64,000 nt of DNA, taken from assembly GCF_009914755.1 (NCBI RefSeq), contig NC_060928.1; one strand, given 5' to 3'. Source of the stretch: the human T2T-CHM13v2.0 reference genome, Homo sapiens. Shown one piece after another: positions 35,616-49,661 of this stretch. Every line of letters starts with the position of its first letter. Within the stretch, counting starts at the first letter, position 1. Under the pieces are notes generated by a model, which ran no database searches, was not told where the DNA came from, and saw only the letters and a list, made by a program, of their open reading frames with translations. The translations under genes and the position numbers were made by a program.

Positions 35616-36084
35616 TGTGGTAGGCAGAATAATGTCTCCCCAATATGCCCATGTTCTAATCCCCAAAACCTGTGAACATATTACCTACTTGCAAAAAGGA
35701 CTTTACGGATATAATTAAATTGAGGATTTTGAAATGGGGAGATTTTCCCAGATTATCTGGGTGATTATATTGTAATCATAAGGGTTCTTGTAAGAGGGAG
35801 ATAAAAGTGTCAGAGCAGGAGAGAGATTTTTTGGTGCTGCAACTGCTGGCTTTGAAGATGGAAGAAAAGGGTGTAAGCTGAGGTATGCGGGTATCACTAG
35901 AGACTGGAAGAAACCCTCCTTGAAGCCTCCAGAAGGAACACACAGCAGAGTTGAAACATTTATTTAACTCCATAAGATCCATTTTGGTTTTCTGGCCTCT
36001 ATAATTATAAGATAATGTATTCGTGTTGAGGTAAGCCACTAAGCTTCTGGTAATTTGTTACAGAATCAATAGGAAAGTAGTAAA
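35616..36084 (+). mobile_element. MLT1D MaLR solo LTR
   Basis: TGTGGTAGGCAGAATAATG...CTAATCCCCAAAACCTGTGAA...GCTGGCTTTGAAGATGGAAG...AAGCCACTAAG...GTAATTTGTTACAG. Confidence 0.9.
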
Positions 36085-37251
36085 AAAGTCAAACATTTTA
36101 TGGTACCAATAAGGTGTAAATTTAAATCAGAATTTGTTACTCAGTCATAAGATCAGCATATATGATTAACACTGCTTACAAATATTTCACCAGAATTATT
36201 TTAGATTAGAAATAAACATGTTTAGGGGATGTAAAATTTAAGCAAAGGAAGTGATTTAATTAGAAAAGGTAACTTCCATTTCGGAAGAAACTTTCAAGTC
36301 AAAGTGAACTCATTGTTTCTGCTTTATTTTTGTAGAGCTTAAGTTTATAAACAGGACCAGAGAACTGAACAACTGAATAAACATCAGTGTACTGGAAATA
36401 ACTGAAGTATTGGGTTCAATATCATTATACACACTATTGTTTTGAGGTCACAGAACATGAAATCTCTGGGTACTTTCACCCAGCAAAATGCACACGTTAA
36501 TAAGGCAAAAGATCGTGAATTTTTTTTTTTTTTACTATTTTATTCCCATGTTGGCTAACACTGAGAAACTTATATTCTCAGTTGGATAAAACAAAATATT
36601 TTGGGCCAATATTTATGCTAGGATAAGTGAAGAAATAAGACAGTCACTCAAAGGATATCCTAGATGAGAGCATTTTGGTCAAACAAATTTACAAATCAAA
36701 TAGGGTATAAAAATGAATTTCCTTAATTTTAGCCATATTTTACAAATATTTTCACATAGTATAATTGCGGAAATAGGTCCATGATTTGAGCAAGAAAAGA
36801 TACTCTGCCAAAATATTAATATAATATCTTGCTAAATTGTCTCTTCAAAAGCATCACATTTTATTAATATTTTCTTATCCATGCCCTTTAGAACAAACAT
36901 TTTAAGAGATAGCATGTAGTAGTATTTAAAACTAAAAAATCTTAGTTTTCATGGCTAAAACTTTGAGCCACTTTGCAAATAAAAATAAATTTTAATTGAG
37001 CCTTAGGAGTATGAAAATAATCAGCAGTAAATTGAACCTGCATAAAAAATTCTGAGGGAACTATTGTCAAGGAACTATACTAAAAATTTACTATCATGGA
37101 ATGTGGAATAAATATTTATTAGAATCTTCTTTGACCCAAATGTCATTTTAGTGCCTACTCATACAGTTAGTGATTGCAGTTATTTGTGAGATACAGTAGT
37201 GAATATACGTTTAATATTTTGGGGAAGTTGATTAGCTTTCCTGAATATTTC

Positions 37252-37365
37252 AAATCCTAGATTCTTAGATTTGAAGGAGACCTCCAAAATGGTCTTCTGT
37301 TCTAAATTGCAACATTCCATTTCGCAATACTCCTGATAGGTGACCATCCAGCCCCAGTTTGAAAA
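37252..37365 (-). mobile_element. L3/CR1 3' end fragment
   Basis: AATCCTAGATTCTTAGATTTGAAGGAGACC...CCTGATAGGTGACCATCCAGCCCCAGTTTGAA. Confidence 0.5.
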
Positions 37366-38104
37366 ATAGCATGAATAATCTCCTTCTTGATCTGACATTG
37401 GCAAACCAAACAGAAATAGGATAAAACAAGATATTATTTTAAAATTACATTATGCTGTTATTTGTCCACTGTATCACTATAGTTGCATTAGTCTGCAGTT
37501 GAAGGTATTACCTACCAAACTCATGCATTTTTCCACTATTTTATTCTTTATTGCATCTAAAAATGTATAGTTTATGTTGTAAATATATCATAATATTTAT
37601 ATCACCAGGTGTAGTGAAGTATAAACTTAATAATTCCTGTTAATGTCTGACCTGACACCTTGTAGATGTTCAACAAACGTTGGTCCTGTTCACTTTTCAT
37701 TTTTGAAAATATAGTATTTCATCTGATAGATACTGAGGGTTCTATTGATAATTCTTCAACTTTAAACATAATTTCAATTAGATATAAGCATAATTTTCAT
37801 CAGATTTAATATGACTTCAATGTTGTGACTACTTAGTATAATTTATATCATCTAATATTTGATTGAACAATATAAATTTGAATGTCACTTATGTCTCTGA
37901 AAGAACTTAAAATTTTTTGAAAATTCATTCAGTTACAGTTTCTAATTTGATGAAATTAGAGATTTTTAGGATGCACTTTTTTTTTTTGCAAATTTCACGG
38001 AACCTATCCTTAATTTATGAGTTATTTTAAATTTTTTTAACCACAGTTAGATATTTTCATTTTTGGGAATTATAGCACACTTTAAGAATTTTTAAAAATT
38101 GGCA

Positions 38105-38240
38105 TAGTGTGTGCTACTCATGTGACAGTTGCACTAAAATCCTAGACTCCACCATTACACAGTTCGTCTATTTAACTAAAAACTACTTGTACCCCTGAAG
38201 CTACTGAAATAATACAATTTTTAAAAAAGAATAAAAAGAA
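38105..38240 (+). mobile_element. L1PB4/L1MA-like 3' tip
   Basis: GTGACAGTTGCACTAAAATCCTAGACTCCACCATTACACAGTTC...ACTTGTACCCCTGAAGCTACTGAAAT plus A-rich tail. Confidence 0.75.
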
Positions 38241-38480
38241 GTGTCAATGACTTTTTATCATTTTTCACATTGGCACTGTTACTGGTAGCCCATAAATTAT
38301 AAAATTTGTGAGGCATTTGTAGATATACAAGGTTGTGTGTAAATCTGATTCATAGACAATCTTATGAATTCTTACCACAGTAAGAAAAATGAATGGAAGT
38401 GTAATAGTAACTTTGAGGATGAAAGCTTATATAACTACTTTTGTAAAATACATTTCTCTTTAGCAGGAATCAAGGTTTTA

Positions 38481-38916
<436 letters not shown>

Positions 38917-40913
38917 TGAAATCCTTGAAATAAAAAGTATAATTTTCTAACTAAAAATGTAGTTTTATACTATAATTTTTCTTTTAAATAATAGTAAAAC
39001 ATATCCATACCTTTTTTACTCTGACTCCAGTGTATATGCATTGGAAAAGGAAAATTCCGTGTTTTAGTATATTTCATACCCAAATTTTCTTTTACTTAAT
39101 ATTTTCAGTATTATCTGTAAAATTGCTTTCTTTACTGTTTCTTTTGTATTTTGTCTGTTTTGCATGCATTAAAACAAAATGTGAGGGAGGACATTATTTT
39201 TGTAATTGTCTATTCACTGAGATAAACTGAAATGTATATCAAATCAGTCATTAACCCCCAAATTTACCTAAATGATTCCAAATATCCTAGTATTTCTCAA
39301 AAACAAATTGACTCAGTTTTGTGTTTTTCACTAGAGGTCCAGGATTGTATTGATGGCTGAATAATGAGTCAGGAAAATTGACCTATATGATTTTTTTCTT
39401 CAGGAACTTATGCCAGTTAAAGTAATTGCATTTTATAATATAATTTTATTGTGAGTAAAATATAAACAGTCGACAATTAAAGTAAAATCATATGAAAATG
39501 GGAGACATATTTAACAATGTGAATATCATTGAACAAATGTCTGTTAACAATTTAAAAGTAGCAAAGAGGTAATCAAATAATTCAAAATCGTGACGTACTT
39601 CTTTATGCTTAGATTCAATTTTAAAGATGTACTTATCTGTAATTAGAGACTGTCACATTCAGTCATCTGAAAGGCAGTACCAGTAAGGATCATCTACCAA
39701 ATTTTTAAATCTTGAGAATAGGCATTTTGCATAAGTAAACTCCATTTGTTTGCTCCCTACAATATTCTATATATTAAAAATAACATGTGCCAAAAAGGCT
39801 TCGCCTTAGAAAATCTGTACAACCTTTATGTGAACGTGAATGAACATTGTTTTTAGCAATAGCTTATTAGGAACTCTGATTTTCAAATAAATATGTGAAG
39901 ATCTTTAATATATGAATATCAGCATTTTCCCAAGAAAGGTAAGTGGATGTTTATTATCTGTGAGTGAGATATATGTCAGTTTAGACATTTAAAAATAAAT
40001 CACTCTGATTTAATATTGTAATATAGATTATAAAAACATTCTTAAGTGGTGAAAATGATCTGCCAAATCGGATAAATAAAAAAGAGTGAAACAGATTTAA
40101 TCAAAACATTCTTTCCATGGGAGGAGGGTGTTTTTGGTGATAGGAACTCTCTTCCCTGAGAAAATGGAAATGTATTTGGATTTAAAAATTACAATCAACA
40201 CATGGATGAAACCATACATCATATAAATGCAAATTTTACATGTATATTTTCATTACACTATTACCACTGTGATTTTAAATGTAGTATTTAAATACCAATA
40301 ATTAATTTAGCATAATACCCCTGTTTTAATAAAGCAACTTTATATGGTGATTTTTGTTTTCTTATCCAAGCTGAATTATATATAGTGATGATAAGATCAC
40401 TAGCATCAGATGAATGAAAAACTGATTTATGCTGTACAGGTATACAACTCTTTATAAATAATCTTGCAACTTGATACAGAAAGTGTCTATAATTCTGGCA
40501 TGTTTGACATTCCCATTCAGTCCAATAACTCGTTGACAGATACTTAATTTGCTACTTCTTGAAGGTGTTGCTTGAAGTTTCCTTCTACTTGACAGGTGTC
40601 TGACAGTTCAGTCTCACTCAGAGCTTAACAAAATGGGAAAAGAATGCATTATCTAAACCCCTAGGTAATATCCATTTTATGTCATTTTATGACTTTGATA
40701 GTATCCAGGACTCAATTCTGTTCCTCTGGATAGTGAATAATGTGCACTTTTACTTGTGGCTTTTTAAGATATGTGTATATACCTTTAGATTTCCTTCAGA
40801 CTCTATCTTGAAATGTCAAATCTTTATGCCCTGCAGTTCTTAAACTATAACTGATGTTTACAATATGGACTGTGAAGGAAATTATGATAAAAATATATTT
40901 CCTGGTCACCCAC

Positions 40914-41235
40914 TGTTTTGGTCAATTTAGGCTGCTATAGCAAATTACCATAGACTGGGATGCTTAAACAACAGACATTTATGTCTAACAATTCTGAAGG
41001 CTAGACATCTGAGATCAGAACGTCAGCATGGCCAGGTTCTGGTTCAAGCCCTCTTCCTTGTTGCAAACAACCAACTTATATCCTCACACAGCAGAAAGAG
41101 AGCAAGCTATACAGGCGCTTAATTTCATTAATAGGTTCTACTTAATTATCTCCCAAAGACCCTAACTCCGTATGCTGTGGGGATTTGATTTCACATATAA
41201 AATTTTTTGGATATACAAACATTCAATTCATAACA
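40914..41235 (-). mobile_element. MaLR solo LTR (MLT1A/MSTD-like)
   Basis: TGTTTTGGTCAATTTAGGCTGCTATAGCAAATTACCATAGACTGGG...ACAAACATTCAATTCATAACA; near-TSD CCCAC/CCTAC. Confidence 0.8.
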
Positions 41236-41376
41236 CCTACCAAAATCAAAATATTCATAATACAAATAATGCTCTTAGTATCTGGCATCTCTGACAAATT
41301 ATTTCAGCTGTTTTGCTTTTGAATACATATTTATATCCATTCAGATTTATCAGAATTCTTCATTTAACTTCAGTAC

Positions 41377-41418
41377 AGACACACGCACGCACACACACAC
41401 ACATATACTCACACACAC
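41377..41418. repeat. Imperfect (CA)n repeat
   Basis: ACACACGCACGCACACACACACACATATACTCACACACAC. Confidence 0.85.
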
Positions 41419-41946
41419 TTTTTAAGATGTAAGCATATGATTTCATTTTAGAATCAGGCAGAACCATATTATAAGTCAGTGTCCACAGATAAAGTATCTA
41501 ATATAAAACTGAGTTTCTAAAGGAAACGTATTTTGAGGTGAAAATCTGTTTAGCTTACCAGTGTCTATATAATATGTGCAAAATCCTTAACATCGCATTG
41601 AAAGATTCTTTGGATCTGATCTTACCATATATTTCTAGCCTAATTAATCTTCTACATTTACCCTGCCAGTTCTCTGTTCCTACTCATTGATTCCCTAACA
41701 ATGTAAGCAGAGTTCCTTTGTTAAGTCATTCACAGAAAGTTTTCCCTATTCTTCTCTATCTGAAAAAAAATGTCCTCTATCCTTGGAGATCTAACCCAAA
41801 GTCCATGAAGCATTTTACTGATACTTTCATTTTCTGTTGCAGCACTTGCTATTTCTTTTATGCCATGGAGTGGGCACATTTTGTATTTGTGTCTTGTATT
41901 ATTGTGACTTGATCCTTGGATTGGATCTTATTTTACTTTTGATGTA

Positions 41947-42786
41947 TGTGGTAGTCAGAGGCCTACCAACAGATAGAACCCACACAGTAATTTGGAGAAA
42001 GTTTTACATAAAGAATAAGTAGATATAATACAGTATTTATGTAATGGAAGATTAGCTAGTAATAACTAAAGAGGAGTCTAAAGAATATAGTAATAATAAT
42101 TATAAGGAGAAACCATTGCCTCTGAAGCTGAGAGGTACCCAAAAAGAACCTCTTCATCCCCTGCAAGGCTGATATCCAAACTTTATTTGTGAGGACATGC
42201 CCGTGGCTCACTGGCTGGTGGACAAATTGCTGAGGTGCTGGAACAGCAGGACTTGTTGGAAATGTTTTCCTCTGGGATTCCAAATAAGTCACCCATAGGG
42301 AGGATCCTAACCAGCAGCACTCCTCTTCAAAGCCATCTAAGGGGTGCCATCTTCGTAGAGGTGCCTCATTGGCAACACTTCACTGCTATGCTATCTGAGA
42401 GGGTAATGGAAAATGCTATCCACAAGGAGACTGCACATTGAAAGTTAATGCAAAGCAACTTAAGGGGGTGTGGAAGATGCCATCCACAGGAAGTGCTGGG
42501 CTTCGGAACTCACTGAAAAGCCATCAGACACAGTGTCTGGGTGCTTCTAGCCACCATGTTCTATAGGAGCCAGGTATTAAAGAAGCTGCATGCTGAGAGG
42601 AGCACACTAGGACCAGAAAGAGAAACCTTTCTCCCTCTAGTGTCCCCCCAATGTCATGTACTGACAGAGCTCAAAATGTGCAAGTTCACAAGGGAGAAAT
42701 ATTTATCAAACCCATCTCCATTATTGTAGAGCAGGCAGTGGGGGGTGGATTTGGATGTGATAATCAATGTATTCATAATTGGCACA
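41947..42786 (-). mobile_element. ERVL solo LTR, LTR41-family-like
   Basis: Reverse complement starts TGTGCCAATTATGAATACATTG...CCAAATCCACCC..TGCCTGCTCT...AAATATTTCTCC; other end TGTGGTAGTCAGAG...CCACACAGTAATTTG; near-TSD ATGTA/ATATA. Confidence 0.7.
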
Positions 42787-43361
42787 ATATACTTGTTTAT
42801 TGACTCTTTGAACAAATCAGAATTTCTTACAAGATAGAAATACATTCTTAACTTTCCTTTTGTGCCCAGGATTTTTAAAAAATCTCAAATAAATATTACT
42901 ATATTTCTCCATCATATTCTTATTAATATGATATAAACTTTGACATTTTATGTGCACAAGATATATCCTAAGCATTAAAGATAACTGTGTTACATAAGTG
43001 CACATTATTGTGCTTAGTAAGTGTATGAGCATGTGTGGGCATATATGGGTGTATATAAAGTCAATATTTGATTTATGATTGACCAATTTGAAAATTAATA
43101 AAATGGGCTTGCTGAAAGCTAGAAGGTAGCTACTTTAAACATCAGAAAGACAAATGACAAGTCTTGGTATCAGCTAGTTAAAAACATAAGTTTCTACCTT
43201 TGAAAGGATTATGCCACACATTGATTTTCCTATTAATTTAAATAAAGGTAGGTATAGGAAATTTACTTTAGTTTCCATCTTTGAATGTTATAAAATATTG
43301 TACTAACACATATTGATTTCTGAAATGTTATAATCTTATTATACTTAAAGGATAACATTGG

Positions 43362-43730
43362 GGCTGGGTGTAGTGGCTCATACCTGTAATCTCAATACTT
43401 TGGGAGGCTGAGGCAGGGGGATTGCTTGAGCAAAGGAGTTCAATACCAGCCTGGGCAACATGATGATACTTCATCTCTACAAAATAAATAAATAAATAAA
43501 AACTAACTGGGCATTGTGGTGTGTACCTGTAGTCCCAGCTACTTGGGAGGCTGAGGTGGAAAGATCACCTGAGTCCAGGAGGCTGCAGTGAGCCGTGACC
43601 GTATCACTGTACTCCAGCCAAGGTGACAGTGCATGACCCTGTCTCAAAAAAAAAAAAAAAAAAAAAAAGGAAAGAAAAAAACAAAAAGCCAAAAAAAAAC
43701 CAACCAAAAAAAAAACCCCTCACAAACAAA
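43362..43730 (+). mobile_element. AluJ SINE with long heterogeneous A tail
   Basis: GGCTGGGTGTAGTGGCTCA...GGAGGCTGCAGTGAGCCGTGA...CCCTGTCTC followed by ~85 nt of A-rich tail. Confidence 0.93.
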
Positions 43731-43763
43731 AGAGCAATATTGTTTTTAAAAGTACATTTTACT

Positions 43764-44067
<304 letters not shown>

Positions 44068-44374
44068 AAAAGTACATTTTACTAAAGATGTACCTTAACC
44101 CATTTATGCCGAATGTACTTTAACCCATTTGTCTTCAAATTTATTCACATTAAAACCTTATTATTGCTCATACATTAATGCATGTTTCCTTGTTTTCAGG
44201 TTTATGTATACTGATTGTCTGTTATATAGCCAGGCAAAATAAATGTCAGAGTTTGGTAAAGGTTTCCACAAGGAGAAGGGAGGAGTGTTTGCAAATGAAG
44301 GTTAAATATGCTAAAATTACAAAAATTACAAATATCTTAAGTATTTTCTAAGAAATGATGCGTAAATATTTGCT

Positions 44375-44550
44375 ACTAAAAGAGTTCTGGCATTTGATTC
44401 ATGTGGTCTAGATTCAAATTCTACCTTTTCATTCACTGTTTAAAGTTTACATAACTCTTCTGGAAAATGGGGATTCTAATAGTACTAGTTTATGAAAGAG
44501 TTTTTGTGGATTTAGTAAAAGATTAAACTCATTAACAACTTACAAAGCTC
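44375..44550 (+). mobile_element. MIR fragment
   Basis: CTAGATTCAAATTCTACC...CTGGAAAATGGGGATTCTAATAGTAC. Confidence 0.5.
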
Positions 44551-44769
44551 TGCTGTATTGAAAATTGAGGAGAAATAACTTTACAATAAATAAAAACTGT
44601 TAAATTTAAAAACAGGGATATAGTGTGCATGTATCTGCAATTCTTCTCTCTCTTCTAAGGTTTACTTTGTACATAACTACCTAGCTGCCCTTCATGTAAC
44701 TTAGAACTTCATCTACTATCTTTAAAATCTAGTCCCATGTTTTAACCATCTTGGATGGTTAGAACCTTC

Positions 44770-45350
44770 AATGACCTTCACCTAGTTACACAATTCAGGG
44801 ACCCAGGAGTCACCATTAACCCTACACTACTCACATTCACATCCAGCTGGCCACTAAGTCATGTTCAATCTGTCTTTTAAAATTCAATTTAGTATGTTTC
44901 CTTCCTCATATTCACCCTTAAAATTTTCTTTAACTGTAAATACCAGCAATTCTATATATTTTTTTCTTATTTGGCTTAATTCATTTAGTTTTTCACTGCA
45001 TTTTATCCCCGCTTTTATCAGCTACATTGCTGTGGGTTTAAAAAATTATAATTGGATCATATTATTCCTCTCTACAAAACTTTTAATACCATTCTCTCCA
45101 TACACCTTACTCCTATTTTCTTCAGGATAAAGTTTGTACTTATCCTAGATGACATTACTTTATCCATAGGATGACCTTACCAAAACCTTTAAGTTCTAGT
45201 CTTAACCTACCTGTCTAGCCATATCTCTCATAAGGCCATATCTCCTCATAAATATCTAATGCTTAATTTTATGAGAATTGCTGACAATTCCTTGAGATTG
45301 TTTTTATGCTTCCTTATTTTTTCAAATCTTATATTTTATCTGGAATGCCA
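44770..45350 (+). mobile_element. L2 fragments
   Basis: ACCCAGGAGTCACCATTAACCC...CACATCCAG...CACTAAGTCATGTTCAATCTG...TTCAGGATAAAGTT...TCTGGAATGCC. Confidence 0.5.
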
Positions 45351-45432
45351 TTATAATAATGTTTAATTGATTTGTATCAAAACTACTGGGATTTGTTGAT
45401 GGCTTCTTGCCTTATGTTGTTAGATATTTGGC

Positions 45433-45561
45433 TTTTTTTTTTTGGAGAGATGGTGTCTCACTATATTGCCCATGCTAGTCTCAAACTCCTTGGCCCAAGT
45501 GATCCTCTCCCTTGGCCTCTCAAAGTGTTGAGATTATAGGTGTGAGCCCTTGCGTCCAGCC
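45433..45561 (-). mobile_element. FLAM_C Alu left monomer
   Basis: T tract, GAGATGGTGTCTCACTATATTGCCC...CAAAGTGTTGAGATTATAGGTGTGAGCC. Confidence 0.88.
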
Positions 45562-46929
45562 TTGCCAATTTTTTTACACATATTATTTAATGTAAGTTCT
45601 ATGGCAATTTAGTGAGGAAACAGATACAGAGGAGTTTTATTTCATGTCCAAGTTTACAGAATTATAAGTGGTAGAGTCAGGCCAATGCTATGTTTGCCGC
45701 TAAAAACTATGTTATCCAAAAGATGCTGCAAAACTGACCTCAATCATATTCATGTGTGTGAAACCTTTTGTGACACATCTACATATGAGATATTGATGAT
45801 CATGTTGTCTTTTATGTTATCACTATATCCACAACTGTTTCTGTTATCTCAGGTGTCACATTATCTCAGGTGTCACACTAAACTTCAACTGTGAACTTTA
45901 TGTCTGTTATTCCCACTTAATTATAAACTGATAAGCAGAATAACAGTATTTTAAAAATCATAACCTCTTGCCCAGTGTATATTTCTCAATAAATTACATT
46001 TGAATGAATGAATGAATAATACAGATTCCTTCTTTTTTTTGTATTCAACTTCACCCATACAAGAGAGACTAAAAGTGTCATTAGCTATTATCTTTGTATT
46101 CAGGAAACATTAAAAAAGAAAAATGGCATTTGAGATGGGTGTTGAAAGATAATGATGGAGAATTTTGACAGGTGGAGGTAGAATGAGAAAAGGCATTACC
46201 AACGAAGGCCCAACTTAATAAGAGCTATTTTGCCTATACTAATGGACAGTTAACAGTCTGATTTGGTGTATTGCTTGGAAATGATCTTGCTCGCAAACTT
46301 ATTAGCTGTTCAATTTAGTTTTAAGTAAATGGGCAAGTGGCAAATATATGAGGAAGTCAGAAGAACCTTTCTTATATTAACTTGATGAGTCGCTATACCA
46401 TTGAAATCTCTTACCTCACCCAGAGCAGCCCCTCTGGAAGTGCTCTTTCATACTTCATGTCTCTTCTGGGTGTGTGAGGCAAACATGAAGTTTATATCAG
46501 ACACATATGAATATACTCAATGAATTTCTGCCTATGGACAACTACCCTTTTGCAATACTTACTTGAAGCATGTTTTCTACATGAATAATATCTTGAAGCC
46601 CAAATTATATAATTGTATCTGTAATTTATCTGCTTGATATACCCTTCACAATAATTCTATAGCATATAATTTTTCTCATTTTTAAATATTTATGAAGAAG
46701 CTTATGTTGCAAGAGCTTCATTCTCACTGTATATACCTGAATGCTGTGATAGGTTAGTAATGGGCACTGAATCAGAACTATTTATTTCTGTCCTACACCA
46801 AAGCCCTTGTTTTATAAACTAGGCAACTTTACTCCCAGCATGAGCATGAGCATGAGCAAATGTTACGGCAATAGGAAAGCATAGTATCATTCAAAGAATT
46901 ATCTAGAAAGTGGATAATTTTGGCCAAAT

Positions 46930-47116
46930 CTGAGATTCTCAGTGCTGTTTATACATCACAATCACCCATGGGAGGTTTTAAAACTTATGCTCAGACATCA
47001 TCACAAATCTCCACCACAGACAAATTCAACCCCAATTGCTGAGAGAGGGGTCCTGGCATCAGAAGTTTTTAAGCTCCTGAGTGATTCTAATGTGCAGCCA
47101 GTACTGAGAACCACTG
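46930..47116. mobile_element. MER5A-type hAT MITE
   Basis: ...GTGATTCTAATGTGCAGCCAGTACTGAGAACCACTG terminus. Confidence 0.75.
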
Positions 47117-47204
47117 GACTAAAATGAAGGGCACATGTATGGGGGCGGCATGAAGAGTGAATAGGGTTTAAAAAGGAATATTAGAATCACATGGGCAGGA
47201 TAAA

Positions 47205-47350
47205 ACCCAAACAGCCTCACTCAGTAACTATGTGATCTTGGGCTAGTTACTAAACTTCTTGAAATCTCTATTTTCCTGTAAGATGGGGATAAACTAAAGC
47301 ATGTAAAATACTTAGTATTTGGAGTCAGTTTAATTAATGGTCATTCTTAC
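47205..47350 (+). mobile_element. MIR fragment
   Basis: TATGTGATCTTGGGCTAGTTACTAAACTTCTTGAAATCTCTATTTTCCTGTAAGATGGGGATAA. Confidence 0.7.
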
Positions 47351-49661
47351 TATTTAAAAAAAATAAATTTGAAAAATGATAATAGGACTATGTTGTGGAA
47401 ATATTTGACTACCAACTGCAGGAAAGGATATTACTACGACAGCATAGGTGACAAAAACAAATTAGAGATATATTTTTTGCTCAGATGCTTAAAATATTTT
47501 TTTTCTTTTCATATCTTGTTTGCAGTTAAGTAATCTTTGGTATTAAGCAGTTTTAATTGCAATAAGCTTATAAATTATTAGTACTCCATAATGAAGAGAA
47601 ATGATAAAAGTCTGTCTTGTTTTGATAATATATGAATAATAGTGAGAATTATAACGTGCTTTCTTTTACTAAGCATCAGATATTTTTCAGATGAATAGAA
47701 TTTCGATGAGTTAACTACCAATTGCGTAGTACCATTTACAATCTCATTTTTGAAAGACACTGTCTTGAAACAATCTAGAACTGACAAATGACAACATAAG
47801 ATACTCTGCTTTGCATATTAAAGACTTTCACATTCACTTCTCATTTGGTTCTGCCCACAGCCCTGAGACATGGGAATTAATGAGTTTTATAAAGTTTATT
47901 GGTTTTTAGGGGAGAGGGCTATGACAAGAATCCTTCCCTTCTAACTTTGAATGTAATGCTTCTTTTATGACACACATACTTATTTGGAATATGTTGAAAG
48001 TCTAGAAACTAAGAATTAATATGTAGGCAAAAGGACCAGTGCAATGCTGTGAACTCGATGTGAGTAGATCTTAGGGATTCTAAAGGGCACTCTAATGCCT
48101 TTAGATTTAAGCTGAAAGTCAGAGAAACAGTTAAGATAGCAGAAACCTAAAAATTCTCAAAATATCAAACAGGCAGAGTTAACTCTACCAAAGTCAGAAT
48201 GACTCAAAACACTGTTAGCAGCAAATGAAAACAAAGAAAGAAAACAGCACTATGCAACCTCTGGTTTGCTTATGGTACTTACTAGAAGTGAGTAGTCTTG
48301 GCTGCAATGAACTTTATAGAAAGTGTTTAGCTTAGAGAATGTCAGAATCCTATAAATACCCTGGAAATAGCGGGTGGCATAATGTCTTCTGCAGTCTCGT
48401 TTCAGCAGATAAACTTCTTCAGTTCTATTTAGAATGCATTTTTTGTACTACGGTTGATATTTCAGGCAACAGTGATGTATATACAAGTATCTTCAACATT
48501 CTATTAATTTCAGGTTCAATTTTTACTGAAATCAATATCTATTAAAATTATCATGTTATAATTAATAATCTTAAATTGTACAAAATTCCTATTCTCTTGT
48601 ATCTGTATAATATCAAATTAGATGTCTAAAAATCTAATCTGATTTTCAAATTAACAAAATAACCTAGAAGCAATACTATAATCATCTTCTCTAATATATA
48701 TACTTAAGATAAAACAGCTAATTATAAACAACTTATACATGGAAGTATGCATAAATATTGTGATTTTTACTTAACACAGTGATAAAGAAATTGATACATT
48801 TAAATAACCATATATATAGCCAATTTGAAATTTAGGTATACTCCAAAAGTAGATATTTTGAATTGATATGTTTAACTGGCTTAATTCAACATAATTTAGG
48901 CCAGATATTTCATAAAATTGTGTTTATTTCTAAAGTAATGAGTGCTTCTTGTAAATAATTCCAATACAAAAATATGTGGAGCAAAATGCGACATTAAGAA
49001 GCACACCAAAATTAGGATGGTCAGCGCCTCTGGCAATGAGGGAATGGGATTAGAAGAGAGAACAAAATGGTTGACAACCTTATCTGTCATGCTTAATTTA
49101 TTTCATAGATAAAGTTAAAATGATGAAATGTTTCTATTGATAATCATGGATTCTATGTAAGAATTTGTTACAGTATTTTTGTAGCTGTTTGTTTTTTTTA
49201 AGTTTCTCAAAAGTGTTTAAGATTTAAATTTGACCATATTACTAGGTAATTGATCTTGATTTCAGTTAATACCCTGGAGTTACATAAACAGAAATTTAAA
49301 ATAATATTTTTGATTCTACAAGCATTCCACATTCATTAATGTAATACAAGAAAACCAGATCATTCTACTGTGATCAACTTACAAATTGTGTTGGAATCTG
49401 CCTGCATATAGCCCACCCCCTCAATAAGGCACCATAAAAGCTATTTTAAGTAATATTCTCTCAATCATAATAAAACACACATAGCAAGACCAAAAGGCAG
49501 TGATTCCTTTTTCCATTTCCAACTTGTCCTCAAGCTAAGCAGTCCGGCAACTCAAGCAAAAACTGTGTTTCATAATATGAACAGCCACTTAAATACTTTC
49601 TCCCCATCTCTTTATGTTTCACTGCTGGGGAAGTTAATAATGATTAAAGTAGGAAGATTTT

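Noticed and set aside
42640-42670. CTCF site expected in LTR41-family LTRs
   Set aside because: The corresponding segment reads GTCAGTACATGACATTGG on the LTR strand; the AGAGGGCGC-type core is decayed
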